NCBI GenBank assembly: GCA_043808365.1
Contig: JAZDEZ010000007.1
Span: forward strand, 73,637 to 137,636
DNA: 64,000 nt
DNA from: Patescibacteria group bacterium
GTDB taxonomy: Bacteria > Patescibacteriota > Patescibacteriia > UBA10025 > JAHIVO01
Reading direction: 5' to 3'
A model generated the notes under the pieces. The model was not told the origin of the DNA. It searched no databases and worked only from the letters and a program-made list of their open reading frames with translations. Of the stretch, positions 46,858 to 54,670 are shown in pieces; position 1 is the stretch's first letter; each line of letters starts with the position of its first letter. The translations under genes were made by a program, and so were the position numbers.

Positions 46858-48087
46858 TTGAAAACTAAATACCAGCAATGGGTGATAGACACCTTCATGG
46901 ATTTAGCGCGCATTTATGGCCCGTCTGGCCAAGAAGGCGCTGTTGCCCAGAAAGTACTCGCTCTGATCGGTAAAATGGGCTATGAGAACTTGGTGCAGAT
47001 TGATAACGCCGGACCGCGTTTCACCGAACTTGGTTTGGCGCCTGGCGAAACCGGCAATCATTATTTCTACATTCCCGCATCACCAGGCGTGACTGGACCG
47101 TGTATCGGACTGAATGCCCATCTCGACACAGTCGAACCGGCCGCCGGCAACGAACCAAAAATAGTTGAGGTGGACGGCCGATCCAGGATTATCACCAATG
47201 GCCGTTCGATTCTTGGAGCGGACTGCCGGGCAGGGATAAATATCATCCTCTATGTCCTGAAGGTCTTGAAGGAGGAAAACAAACCCCACCTGCCGATCCA
47301 GGTGATCCTGACCGTCGGAGAAGATTCCCATCTCATCGGTTCCCGGCTTATGGATCCAGATAAAATTAAAGCTGACATGATCTTTTCCTTCGATGGCGAC
47401 GAGCCCGGCGAGTTAGTGCTCGGGACCTGCTCCTGCGATATGTTCAAGATTATGATCACCGGTAAAAATGCCCACGCTGGCGTAAATCCGCATAAAGGCA
47501 TCAACGCCGGGTTAATCGCCAGCCACGCCCTGTCCAAACTTGATAATATTGGCTTGTTTGGCCGCTTGGTAAATGCTCGCGGCTTACCTTCAGAAAAACA
47601 TATTGGCTCTATCAACATCAACTACGCCGAGAGCCAGGCAGCTGGGCCTGGCGCTGTCGGGACCAACAGCGTCCTCGGCTGGGTTAAACTGATAGGCGAG
47701 GCGCGGGAAATTGACCAAGAGCGTCTAGCTTACTTAACAGCCGCGATTAAGCAGGAATTTGAAAACGCTCTCAAGCTGGTGCCTGACCACGAAGGCAATC
47801 TGGGTTCAGTAGAATTTAAAGTTGACCGGGTTTATAATTCCTTTGCCATTGACCCCGGCAGCCTGATTGCCATGCGCGCCCTGGCTGCCATGCGCGCCAA
47901 CAATGTCGAGCCTCATCCTTATCCGCAGATAATGGGCGGATTGGATGCCTGCTGGTTCAATGACTACGGCATCCCCACGGTCGGCCTGGGCATGGGGGCC
48001 CGCGAATATCACACTGTCAATGAATATCTCGATCTCGAGGAGCATTTCCAGTGCTGTGATATCGGACTAACTCTGGTCCAACCATAA
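46858..48087 (+). CDS. M20-family metallopeptidase (peptidase T-like)
   Basis: 409 aa with AGGAGG RBS and a TTG start. Motifs NAHLDTV and GADCRAGI (compare GADDKAG of PepT). Confidence 0.65.
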   Translation: MKTKYQQWVIDTFMDLARIYGPSGQEGAVAQKVLALIGKMGYENLVQIDNAGPRFTELGLAPGETGNHYFYIPASPGVTGPCIGLNAHLDTVEPAAGNEPKIVEVDGRSRIITNGRSILGADCRAGINIILYVLKVLKEENKPHLPIQVILTVGEDSHLIGSRLMDPDKIKADMIFSFDGDEPGELVLGTCSCDMFKIMITGKNAHAGVNPHKGINAGLIASHALSKLDNIGLFGRLVNARGLPSEKHIGSININYAESQAAGPGAVGTNSVLGWVKLIGEAREIDQERLAYLTAAIKQEFENALKLVPDHEGNLGSVEFKVDRVYNSFAIDPGSLIAMRALAAMRANNVEPHPYPQIMGGLDACWFNDYGIPTVGLGMGAREYHTVNEYLDLEEHFQCCDIGLTLVQP

Positions 48088-48230
48088 ATAATTGGTCTTT
48101 TATCTATCAAGGCGTCCGCAATTCAAGCGGGCGCTTTTTTATTTACCCCCACCATTCCTACTATTTACTTACGTACCATATTCAAGTATTATCTTACTAT
48201 TTTGAATTTGTAGGAATGGCGTGAGGGGAT

Positions 48231-48259
48231 TTGACACCCCTGTTTCCCAGTGCTAAGAT
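48231..48259 (+). promoter_or_regulatory. Sigma70-like promoter of pyrF
   Basis: TTGACA, 17 nt, TAAGAT. Confidence 0.65.
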
Positions 48260-48320
48260 AACGCAGATATGAAATAGAAACAGATGTTTGAAAACCTATA
48301 GAAACCAATGGAGGTGTATC

Positions 48321-49157
48321 ATGGCACTTATCGAGAAACTGCGCTCAGCGCAAAAAAAAACCGGCAGCATGCTCTGCGTCGGATTGGATCCAGACCTGGA
48401 CAAACTGCCCCCAAAAATGGTCGCGGCGTTCGATGGCAGGCTGCAGCCCATGTTTTACGAATATCTCACGCGGGTTATCAGGATGACGGCGCCACACGCG
48501 TGTGCCTTTAAGCCTAATATGGCTTTTTATGAGGCATTGGGCCCCAACGGAATATCGGTCCTGGAAACTATTTGCGCATTAATCAAAAATGAACACCCGG
48601 ACCACGTCCTGATCGTGGATGGCAAGCGCGGGGACATCGGCAATTCTGCCGAGAAGTATGCTGCCGCTCTGAAAAACCTCGGCGCTGACGCGGTCACGGT
48701 CAATCCCTACCTCGGCCCTGGAACCCTGAAACCCTTTCTCGACGCTGGACTCGGCATCATCGCCCTTTGCGTCACGTCCAATACAGATGCCGCTGCCTTC
48801 CAAGGACTAATCTGCGACGGCAAACCGGTTTATCGGCACGTAGCTGAAATCCTGACCAAGGAATACGGCTCTACCGGCAACCTCGGCCTGGTCACTGGGG
48901 CCACCCATCCCAAAGAACTCGGAGAAATCCGCAAAGCTGTCGGCGACGAAGTCGTCCTCCTTATCCCCGGGATCGGCAAGCAGGAGGGCAACCTGGAAGC
49001 CACCGTCCATAACAACGGCCACGGCCTAGCGGTCATCAACGTTTCCTCCAATATATGTCACGCCAGTTCTGGCGATGACTACGCTATGGCGGCAGGGAGC
49101 GCTGCGGAAGCATACAACCAACAGATCAACAACTTGCGCGCCCTACCCAAAGAGTAA
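48321..49157 (+). CDS. pyrF: Orotidine 5'-phosphate decarboxylase (type 2)
   Basis: GGAGGTG RBS before MALIEKLRSAQKKTGSMLCVGLDPDLDKLP. It also has FKPNMAFYE and VDGKRGDIGNS. Confidence 0.88.
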   Translation: MALIEKLRSAQKKTGSMLCVGLDPDLDKLPPKMVAAFDGRLQPMFYEYLTRVIRMTAPHACAFKPNMAFYEALGPNGISVLETICALIKNEHPDHVLIVDGKRGDIGNSAEKYAAALKNLGADAVTVNPYLGPGTLKPFLDAGLGIIALCVTSNTDAAAFQGLICDGKPVYRHVAEILTKEYGSTGNLGLVTGATHPKELGEIRKAVGDEVVLLIPGIGKQEGNLEATVHNNGHGLAVINVSSNICHASSGDDYAMAAGSAAEAYNQQINNLRALPKE

Positions 49158-49160
49158 ACC

Positions 49161-49538
49161 ATGGCACAAAAGAAAAAAAACCAGATTCACCAATTAACGG
49201 ACGGACTCAGCCGCGAGTTAGTAGATGGAATTGCCATCTACCGCTTTTCCGGACAAACGGTGAGCGGAACGGCAATCATCAAATTCGGTGCTTCCCTGCG
49301 CGACTCGCTAAGCCAAGGCCGCCAGAAATTCGTCGTCAGCTTTATAGAACTTGATTTGCTCGACCTCGACGGCTGCAGTATGGCCGTCAGCGCCCGCCGA
49401 GCCGTCCAAAGAGCCGGAGGTAAAATAGTGCTCTGCAACATTGAAAAGGCTGAAGATGAATATCTGATTTCACGGCTCTCCCAGCTCTTTGACCATTTTC
49501 CTATGGAAGAAAAGGCTATCGCCTTTATCTCCAAATGA
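49161..49538 (+). CDS. STAS-domain protein (anti-sigma-factor antagonist-like)
   Basis: 125 aa. The pattern ..FVVSFIELDLLDLDGCSMAVSARRAVQRAGGKIVLCNI resembles SpoIIAA/STAS. It starts 3 nt after pyrF. Confidence 0.5.
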   Translation: MAQKKKNQIHQLTDGLSRELVDGIAIYRFSGQTVSGTAIIKFGASLRDSLSQGRQKFVVSFIELDLLDLDGCSMAVSARRAVQRAGGKIVLCNIEKAEDEYLISRLSQLFDHFPMEEKAIAFISK

Positions 49539-49546
49539 ATCCAATA

Positions 49547-49571
49547 GGCCACAGCCACTGTGGCCTTTTTT
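49547..49571 (+). terminator. Intrinsic terminator
   Basis: GGCCACAG-CCA-CTGTGGCC followed by T6. Confidence 0.85.
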
Positions 49572-49660
49572 ATTGCAATTCATATGCATTCAATTCGTAT
49601 GTGTATGTGGAATGAAGGTGTGGGATATGTGGGGGGAGGAGAATCTAAAGCGGAGGGGGT

Positions 49661-49689
49661 TTGACAAAGCAAAGTTAAATTGATAAGAT
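49661..49689 (+). promoter_or_regulatory. Sigma70-like promoter of pyrE
   Basis: TTGACA, 17 nt, TAAGAT. Confidence 0.65.
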
Positions 49690-49747
49690 AGCTTAATTAT
49701 TCGTTCATTAAAAAACAACCCAAATCTTTTTAAAAGGAGAGGTATCC

Positions 49748-50419
49748 ATGGAAACTCTGAATTCTAAGAAATACTTGGATTTCCTGACAAGGCTGTTCAA
49801 GGAGGAAATTATTATCATCGGCCCGAAGACCAAGCTCAAGGACAGCAGCCTGTCGCCGATTTATATCGACCTGCGCGACCGGATGTGGGCCAGCTACGGA
49901 CTGCTGCCAACTTTCGGCCGGCTTTTTGCCACACTAATCTCTGAGCTCATCCCGGAGCGCCACCGGTTCCCACACCTTGTTTGCGGCATTCCAGAAGCAG
50001 CCAATCCGTTGGCCACTGCCGCGGTGATCGCCGGCCAGGAATTGGGCATGGACCTCCAGCTTGTAGCTTTGCGCCAGCAGCCTAAGGCCCACGGTACTGG
50101 CAGCCAATCGTTCGTCATCGGTAAGTACGAAAAAAATGGCCACCTCTATCTGATCGACGATGTCGTGACGACATCACAGAGCAAGCGCGATGCGATAGAT
50201 AAGCTGGTGCAAAGCGGCTTCCCCAAGGAAGAAATCACCGTGATAGTTGCCTTCGACCGGCAGCAGGGCGGCCTGGAGTCCCTGAAGCGCGACGGTATCC
50301 GCACCGCTTCGCTCTTCAAAATCCTTGATGTCGCTCAGACGTTCGCCGACGAAAAAATCATCACCTCTAAGCAGCACAGAGACGTCCGGAAGTTTATTGC
50401 TAATAATCAGCATTGCTGA
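49748..50419 (+). CDS. pyrE: Orotate phosphoribosyltransferase
   Basis: 223 aa with the PRPP-binding loop LYLIDDVVTTSQSK. The N-terminal region is typical of OPRTases. Confidence 0.8.
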   Translation: METLNSKKYLDFLTRLFKEEIIIIGPKTKLKDSSLSPIYIDLRDRMWASYGLLPTFGRLFATLISELIPERHRFPHLVCGIPEAANPLATAAVIAGQELGMDLQLVALRQQPKAHGTGSQSFVIGKYEKNGHLYLIDDVVTTSQSKRDAIDKLVQSGFPKEEITVIVAFDRQQGGLESLKRDGIRTASLFKILDVAQTFADEKIITSKQHRDVRKFIANNQHC

Positions 50420-50455
50420 CCAGCGCAAAACATCACAACAGTCTGTACGTTACCA

Positions 50456-50486
50456 ACGAGGCGTGTGACTCATGCCTCGTTTTTTT
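50456..50486 (+). terminator. Intrinsic terminator after pyrE
   Basis: ACGAGGC-N11-GCCTCGT followed by T6. It directly abuts the repeat at 50488. Confidence 0.8.
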
Positions 50487-50487
50487 G

Positions 50488-50673
50488 TTAGCTTAGCAAA
50501 ATTTTCGAGCCAAACTAACTTCCTTAAACTGAAATAATTGGCGATGAGAATTTGGCTAAGCTAACAATCCCGACCCCGAGCATAGTCGAGGGGAGGGATC
50601 TATGGCAAAATTTTCGAGCCAAACTAACTTCCTTAAACTGAAATAATTGGCGATGAGAATTTGGCTAAGCTAA
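50488..50673. repeat. Second tandem pair of the TTAGCTTAGCAAAATTTTC-TIR MITE-like family
   Basis: Units lie at 50488-50564 and 50601-50673, separated by an ATCCCGACC..GGGAGGGATC hairpin. The termini match 16251-16427. Confidence 0.8.
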
Positions 50674-50805
50674 CAATCGGCGCGAAGCGGTAAATCTGAA
50701 TACACAAGGGCTTCTTTATTTGTATATTAAACGCCAATATGCTAGTTTTTACTCATCGTAAAACAGCACTTTATACAATTATAACTATAATACGGAGGAG
50801 GAGGC

Positions 50806-51390
50806 ATGAATTTCGAATCTATGTCCGGTCCGGAAGTATTGCGGGCGGTTCTGGACGCGCTGTCAAAAGGCGGGCAATCCTTTGACATCGCCTTGTCGCC
50901 CAAAGAACTAGATGAAGGCGGAGTTGTCCAGAAAATTTCCAGCTCGACGGGAGACGTGCATAACCCCATATCAATGGGTTTGATAACGTATCGTTCTTAC
51001 GTCATCAAAACGTACAGCGATCAGGCGTGGATTTTCAGCCTGGGCCAGGGCCCGGTACATCCGGTTTACAGCCTGCAAAGCAATTTAATCGGCGCCCGAT
51101 TGAACAATCAGCCGTCCAGCCAAACGGAAGAGTCTGTTCGAACAATGATTGGGTATGAATTGACCTTTACCCTGCTGACTGCGTCAGACCAGGGTTTGAT
51201 CGCCACGATCAATGAATTCGACCAGCGGTTCGAAAAATATCAAGCCCTGCGTGAACGCCTTTCCGTCTCTCTGAAGAATCGGCTGAGTGAATTCATTATA
51301 AAACTTCCCGCATCGGTGCCTGTCAGTTATTCTCCAGCTATCGTCCCATGGCTCACCCAGCTTATGGAAAAAGAAATCGCATTCTTTTAA
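50806..51390 (+). CDS. Hypothetical protein
   Basis: 194-aa ORF with GGAGGAGGAGG RBS and a strong terminator at about 51425-51455. Confidence 0.6.
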   Translation: MNFESMSGPEVLRAVLDALSKGGQSFDIALSPKELDEGGVVQKISSSTGDVHNPISMGLITYRSYVIKTYSDQAWIFSLGQGPVHPVYSLQSNLIGARLNNQPSSQTEESVRTMIGYELTFTLLTASDQGLIATINEFDQRFEKYQALRERLSVSLKNRLSEFIIKLPASVPVSYSPAIVPWLTQLMEKEIAFF

Positions 51391-51622
51391 ATCGTTAGGC
51401 TGGGAATTTCCGGCCGGCCGGTCAGGCTGTCCAATCATCATTGGACAGCCTTTTTTATGGTAAAAAATCCCCGCAACAGTCTGCCTGCCCGGGGACAAAT
51501 TCAGCGTACAATGGGGTAAGAAGCGCTCGGGTATTGACACCTCTAAACGCTTAATTTAAAATGAGCTTCTGAAAGTAGAATAACTGAAGAATCTCAACTT
51601 ACATGCAAGCAAGGAGGAATTC

Positions 51623-51838
51623 ATGCCAGGATTCACGCCTCGTCCAATAAGACAGTTAACCTGCAAAGAAGCGTTAACTCTCCAAAGCGTTGTTCTCCGG
51701 ACCCAGCAGAGCGGCACAATAAACACCATTACCATTAATAATCCGACAATCCTGCTGAAACCCGGCGGGCAGCAGGTCCATATCATCGGCGGCGGCCAGT
51801 CATTCGGAGAAGGCACCTACGTCATCGACATAGCATAG
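51623..51838 (+). CDS. Small hypothetical protein
   Basis: 71 aa with AAGGAGG RBS and a TTGACA-N17-TAAAAT promoter at 51534-51562. Confidence 0.55.
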   Translation: MPGFTPRPIRQLTCKEALTLQSVVLRTQQSGTINTITINNPTILLKPGGQQVHIIGGGQSFGEGTYVIDIA

Positions 51839-52053
51839 GATCATTACCTAAACCGGTCAAACCTCGTTCTTTTTCCAACCAGCATATCACCAGAGCCACT
51901 AACCATGGCTCTTTTTTTATCCTTGACTCATAAAGCGCGCCGTGATAGCATGGTCTGAACTTAATAGTACCTTTTAAAAAATTGGAGTATCCCTCAAGCC
52001 ACCGCCCATCGGACGGCAAACCGCGATCAGTACCGCGCTCAGGAGGCAATAGA

Positions 52054-52269
52054 ATGAAACTTTCTGTCAAAACCGTCACTCGAATCGTGATAATCGGGAT
52101 TGCCGCGCTGCTCGTTGCGGCCATCTGTATCCTGCCGTTCAACCGAGGCATCGGCAACTTGCTCATTTGCTTGGGCATACTACTCTGTTTCGTCTGGATC
52201 TTTGGCCTTCAGCTCAGCCTCGTGTTGATTTTCCGGCGGCGGAAACGGGTACGCAGACAGGATTATTGA
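52054..52269 (+). CDS. Small two-TM membrane protein
   Basis: AGGAGG RBS before MKLSVKTVTRIVIIGIAALLVAAICILPF. It has a basic C-terminus. Confidence 0.55.
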   Translation: MKLSVKTVTRIVIIGIAALLVAAICILPFNRGIGNLLICLGILLCFVWIFGLQLSLVLIFRRRKRVRRQDY

Positions 52270-52391
52270 TTTCCGCTTCATCCAGTTTGACCAGTCAGGC
52301 CGCGCATCTGCCCGGCCTTTTTTATTTTCTTCATTTTTTAATATGGAGTATACTGGATGGAGAAATAAGTTCCTTGCGACAGGGAGGGTTG

Positions 52392-52538
52392 ATGGGAACC
52401 ATAACTCCGCCTCAATCTATATGGATTTGCCCAAATTGCCAGCTCGTTTGCACCGACCCCAAACAATGCCAGCGCTGCGGCACTATCAAGCCAGGCTACT
52501 CTCTTGATGACCAGCCGCCGGCGCTTCCCAATTCCTGA
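52392..52538 (+). CDS. Mini zinc-ribbon protein (48 aa)
   Basis: GGGAGGG RBS before MGTITPPQSIWICPNCQLVCTDPKQCQRCGTIKPG. A terminator follows. Confidence 0.5.
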   Translation: MGTITPPQSIWICPNCQLVCTDPKQCQRCGTIKPGYSLDDQPPALPNS

Positions 52539-52675
52539 CGGAGCCACTCATACTGGCTCCGATTTTTTACCTTGACGCTCTTTTGCCGCTGTGGTAAGGT
52601 ATTTGAAATAAAAGGAAACTAACAGAGCAATTTAACATACAAACCGTCCCAGATGGAGGGACAGGAGGTTTTGTC

Positions 52676-53782
52676 ATGGAAACACGTGATGATGACAGCT
52701 TGGATAATGGAGAATTTAGACATCTTGTTAGATGCAAATTCCTAACTCCCGATCTGATTACCCAAATCCTAAACGAAGCGACGCTTATGGCGCGAGTTCT
52801 GAATTTCCGAAACGATCCGGGAATTGTCGACTACCGTCTGGCACTCAGGCAGGAATTCATGGACCAAGGTATCACCATGGCCAGCCTGTTTTACGAGGAA
52901 AGCCTGCGAACCCGCTGGTCCCATGAACGCGCCGCTCATGCCCTCGGCGCAGAAGTTATTTCAACTGAAAACGCGGCAAAATTCTCTTCCGCCGCCAAAG
53001 GCGAGAGCTTGGAACATGCTATTCAGGTCATCAGCGGCTTTCGCTGTCCGTCAGAACGGTATGCGGATATCGTTGTCATGCGCCATCCAATAGAAGGATC
53101 GGCCAAACGGGCAATGAAGTTCTGCGGTGTTCCCCTGATCAACGCCGGCGATGGCATTGGCGAACATCCAACCCAAGCCCTTCTCGACATCTTCGCGATC
53201 CAGAGACGATTGGGAAGAATTCGGGATTTCAAGATTGGAATGTTCGGTGATTTGCTCAACAGCCGCGTGATCCATTCAGATGTCTATTTGGTGTCAAAAT
53301 TTCCCGGCGTGCACATCTATCTGGTTTCTGATCCGCGGTTTGCCATCAAGCCTGATTTGCGCCAATACCTCGTCAAGCATAACATCTGGTTCACCGAGTG
53401 TACGCGGCCTGAGGGCTTCCCTGAAGTCTTTACAAAAGTGGACGTGGCAGTCATGACCCGTGTCCAAAAAAACCGCTTCAATATGGACGATCCAGCTGAA
53501 GCCGCCCTCTTCCGCAGCATTCGGGGCCAACAAATCGTCAACCGGGAGCTGGCCGATGATATGAAACCAGGCGCCTTCATTCTTCACCCGATGCCAATTG
53601 AAACTGACAGTGCCGACGGCTTCCCGCCGGAAATTATGACCGAAGTGGATAACCATCCGAATTCATTCTTCTTCCAGCAAGCAGGTGGCGGCATTCCCAG
53701 CCGCATGGCTGTCATCAAGATTCTCCTCGAGAACTGGGGACTAATAAAACGCATCGCGCCGCCTGAAAAAATAACTGCGTAA
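52676..53782 (+). CDS. pyrB: Aspartate carbamoyltransferase catalytic-chain-like protein (ATCase/OTCase family), divergent
   Basis: 368 aa collinear with PyrB: SLRTR (canonical STRTR), VMRHP, HPTQALLD, MTRVQKNRF, HPMP and FQQAGGG. It has an extra ~50-aa N-terminal segment. Confidence 0.7.
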   Translation: METRDDDSLDNGEFRHLVRCKFLTPDLITQILNEATLMARVLNFRNDPGIVDYRLALRQEFMDQGITMASLFYEESLRTRWSHERAAHALGAEVISTENAAKFSSAAKGESLEHAIQVISGFRCPSERYADIVVMRHPIEGSAKRAMKFCGVPLINAGDGIGEHPTQALLDIFAIQRRLGRIRDFKIGMFGDLLNSRVIHSDVYLVSKFPGVHIYLVSDPRFAIKPDLRQYLVKHNIWFTECTRPEGFPEVFTKVDVAVMTRVQKNRFNMDDPAEAALFRSIRGQQIVNRELADDMKPGAFILHPMPIETDSADGFPPEIMTEVDNHPNSFFFQQAGGGIPSRMAVIKILLENWGLIKRIAPPEKITA

Positions 53783-54055
53783 TGCTCCTAACATTGATCT
53801 TTTTTCCATTACCCCCTAACGCCGTGTTGCTTATGCGACACGGCCTTTTTTATTCTCGAGGCCTTGACGCACAATTAAAATGACGGTATGCTTGGATAAT
53901 TTGAGATTGTTGAATTATTCAACAATCTCATCCCGAATGGAATGAGGGATCTCCAATATTAGCCAAAAGGATCCCTTGCTACCGCTCGGGATGAGAACGT
54001 TTCATAATTATTCAACGGTCTCATTTAACAAATCGTTCCTTACAAGGAGTGCAAG

Positions 54056-54355
54056 ATGTCATTTAAAGAGTCGATATCCGATAACCTTTTTGCCCTAGTC
54101 TGTATCATCCTTTATCCGGCAGGCAGTATCTGGTGGCTGATGGAGCACCGCTTGAAGAATAACCGGCGTTTCCTCGTGCTATGCATGTATGGCTGCATCA
54201 CAGCCTTAACAGCGATTAACACGGGCTTAAACGGCTGTTTGATCAACAAGAACCCGGAAAGTTGGACCATGTTTCTGATTAGCGCCGTTTCATATGGTAT
54301 CGGCCTCATCGCCTTTATCATTATGAGCTGGCATAAAAGCAAAAAGATTGGTTAG
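54056..54355 (+). CDS. Small polytopic membrane hypothetical protein
   Basis: 99 aa with three hydrophobic segments and AAGGAG RBS. Confidence 0.55.
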   Translation: MSFKESISDNLFALVCIILYPAGSIWWLMEHRLKNNRRFLVLCMYGCITALTAINTGLNGCLINKNPESWTMFLISAVSYGIGLIAFIIMSWHKSKKIG

Positions 54356-54670
54356 ATAAACTGACGCCAACCTTCCAAAACATCATATAGCAAATAGTGC
54401 TGCGGCCTGATTTATGCAGAATTGGGCCGTTTTATTTTGAAAAGTTAGCAAATTATGTTAAAATACCTTCATCAAGAGGGTGCCAGACCTCTTTCGTTTT
54501 TACCGAATTTCAAGTCAATTACCCAATTCCAGCTTCCAACCTCTAATCTAACTTCCAGCATCCCGTCAAACTTCTAACAAACAACACCTAATTTCCAAAC
54601 TCCAGAAACCAACCTCTCTCCCTCTTCGCCTTCTTTAGCCATCTCGCTCCTCTATTCCTATAAAAAAGAC

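Noticed and set aside
52635-52670. The hairpin GTCCC-AGATGGA-GGGAC overlapping the pyrB-like RBS resembles the PyrR binding loop (UCCAGAGAGG).
   Set aside because: The match is loose, no pyrR gene is in the window, and the pyrF and pyrE leaders lack anything similar.
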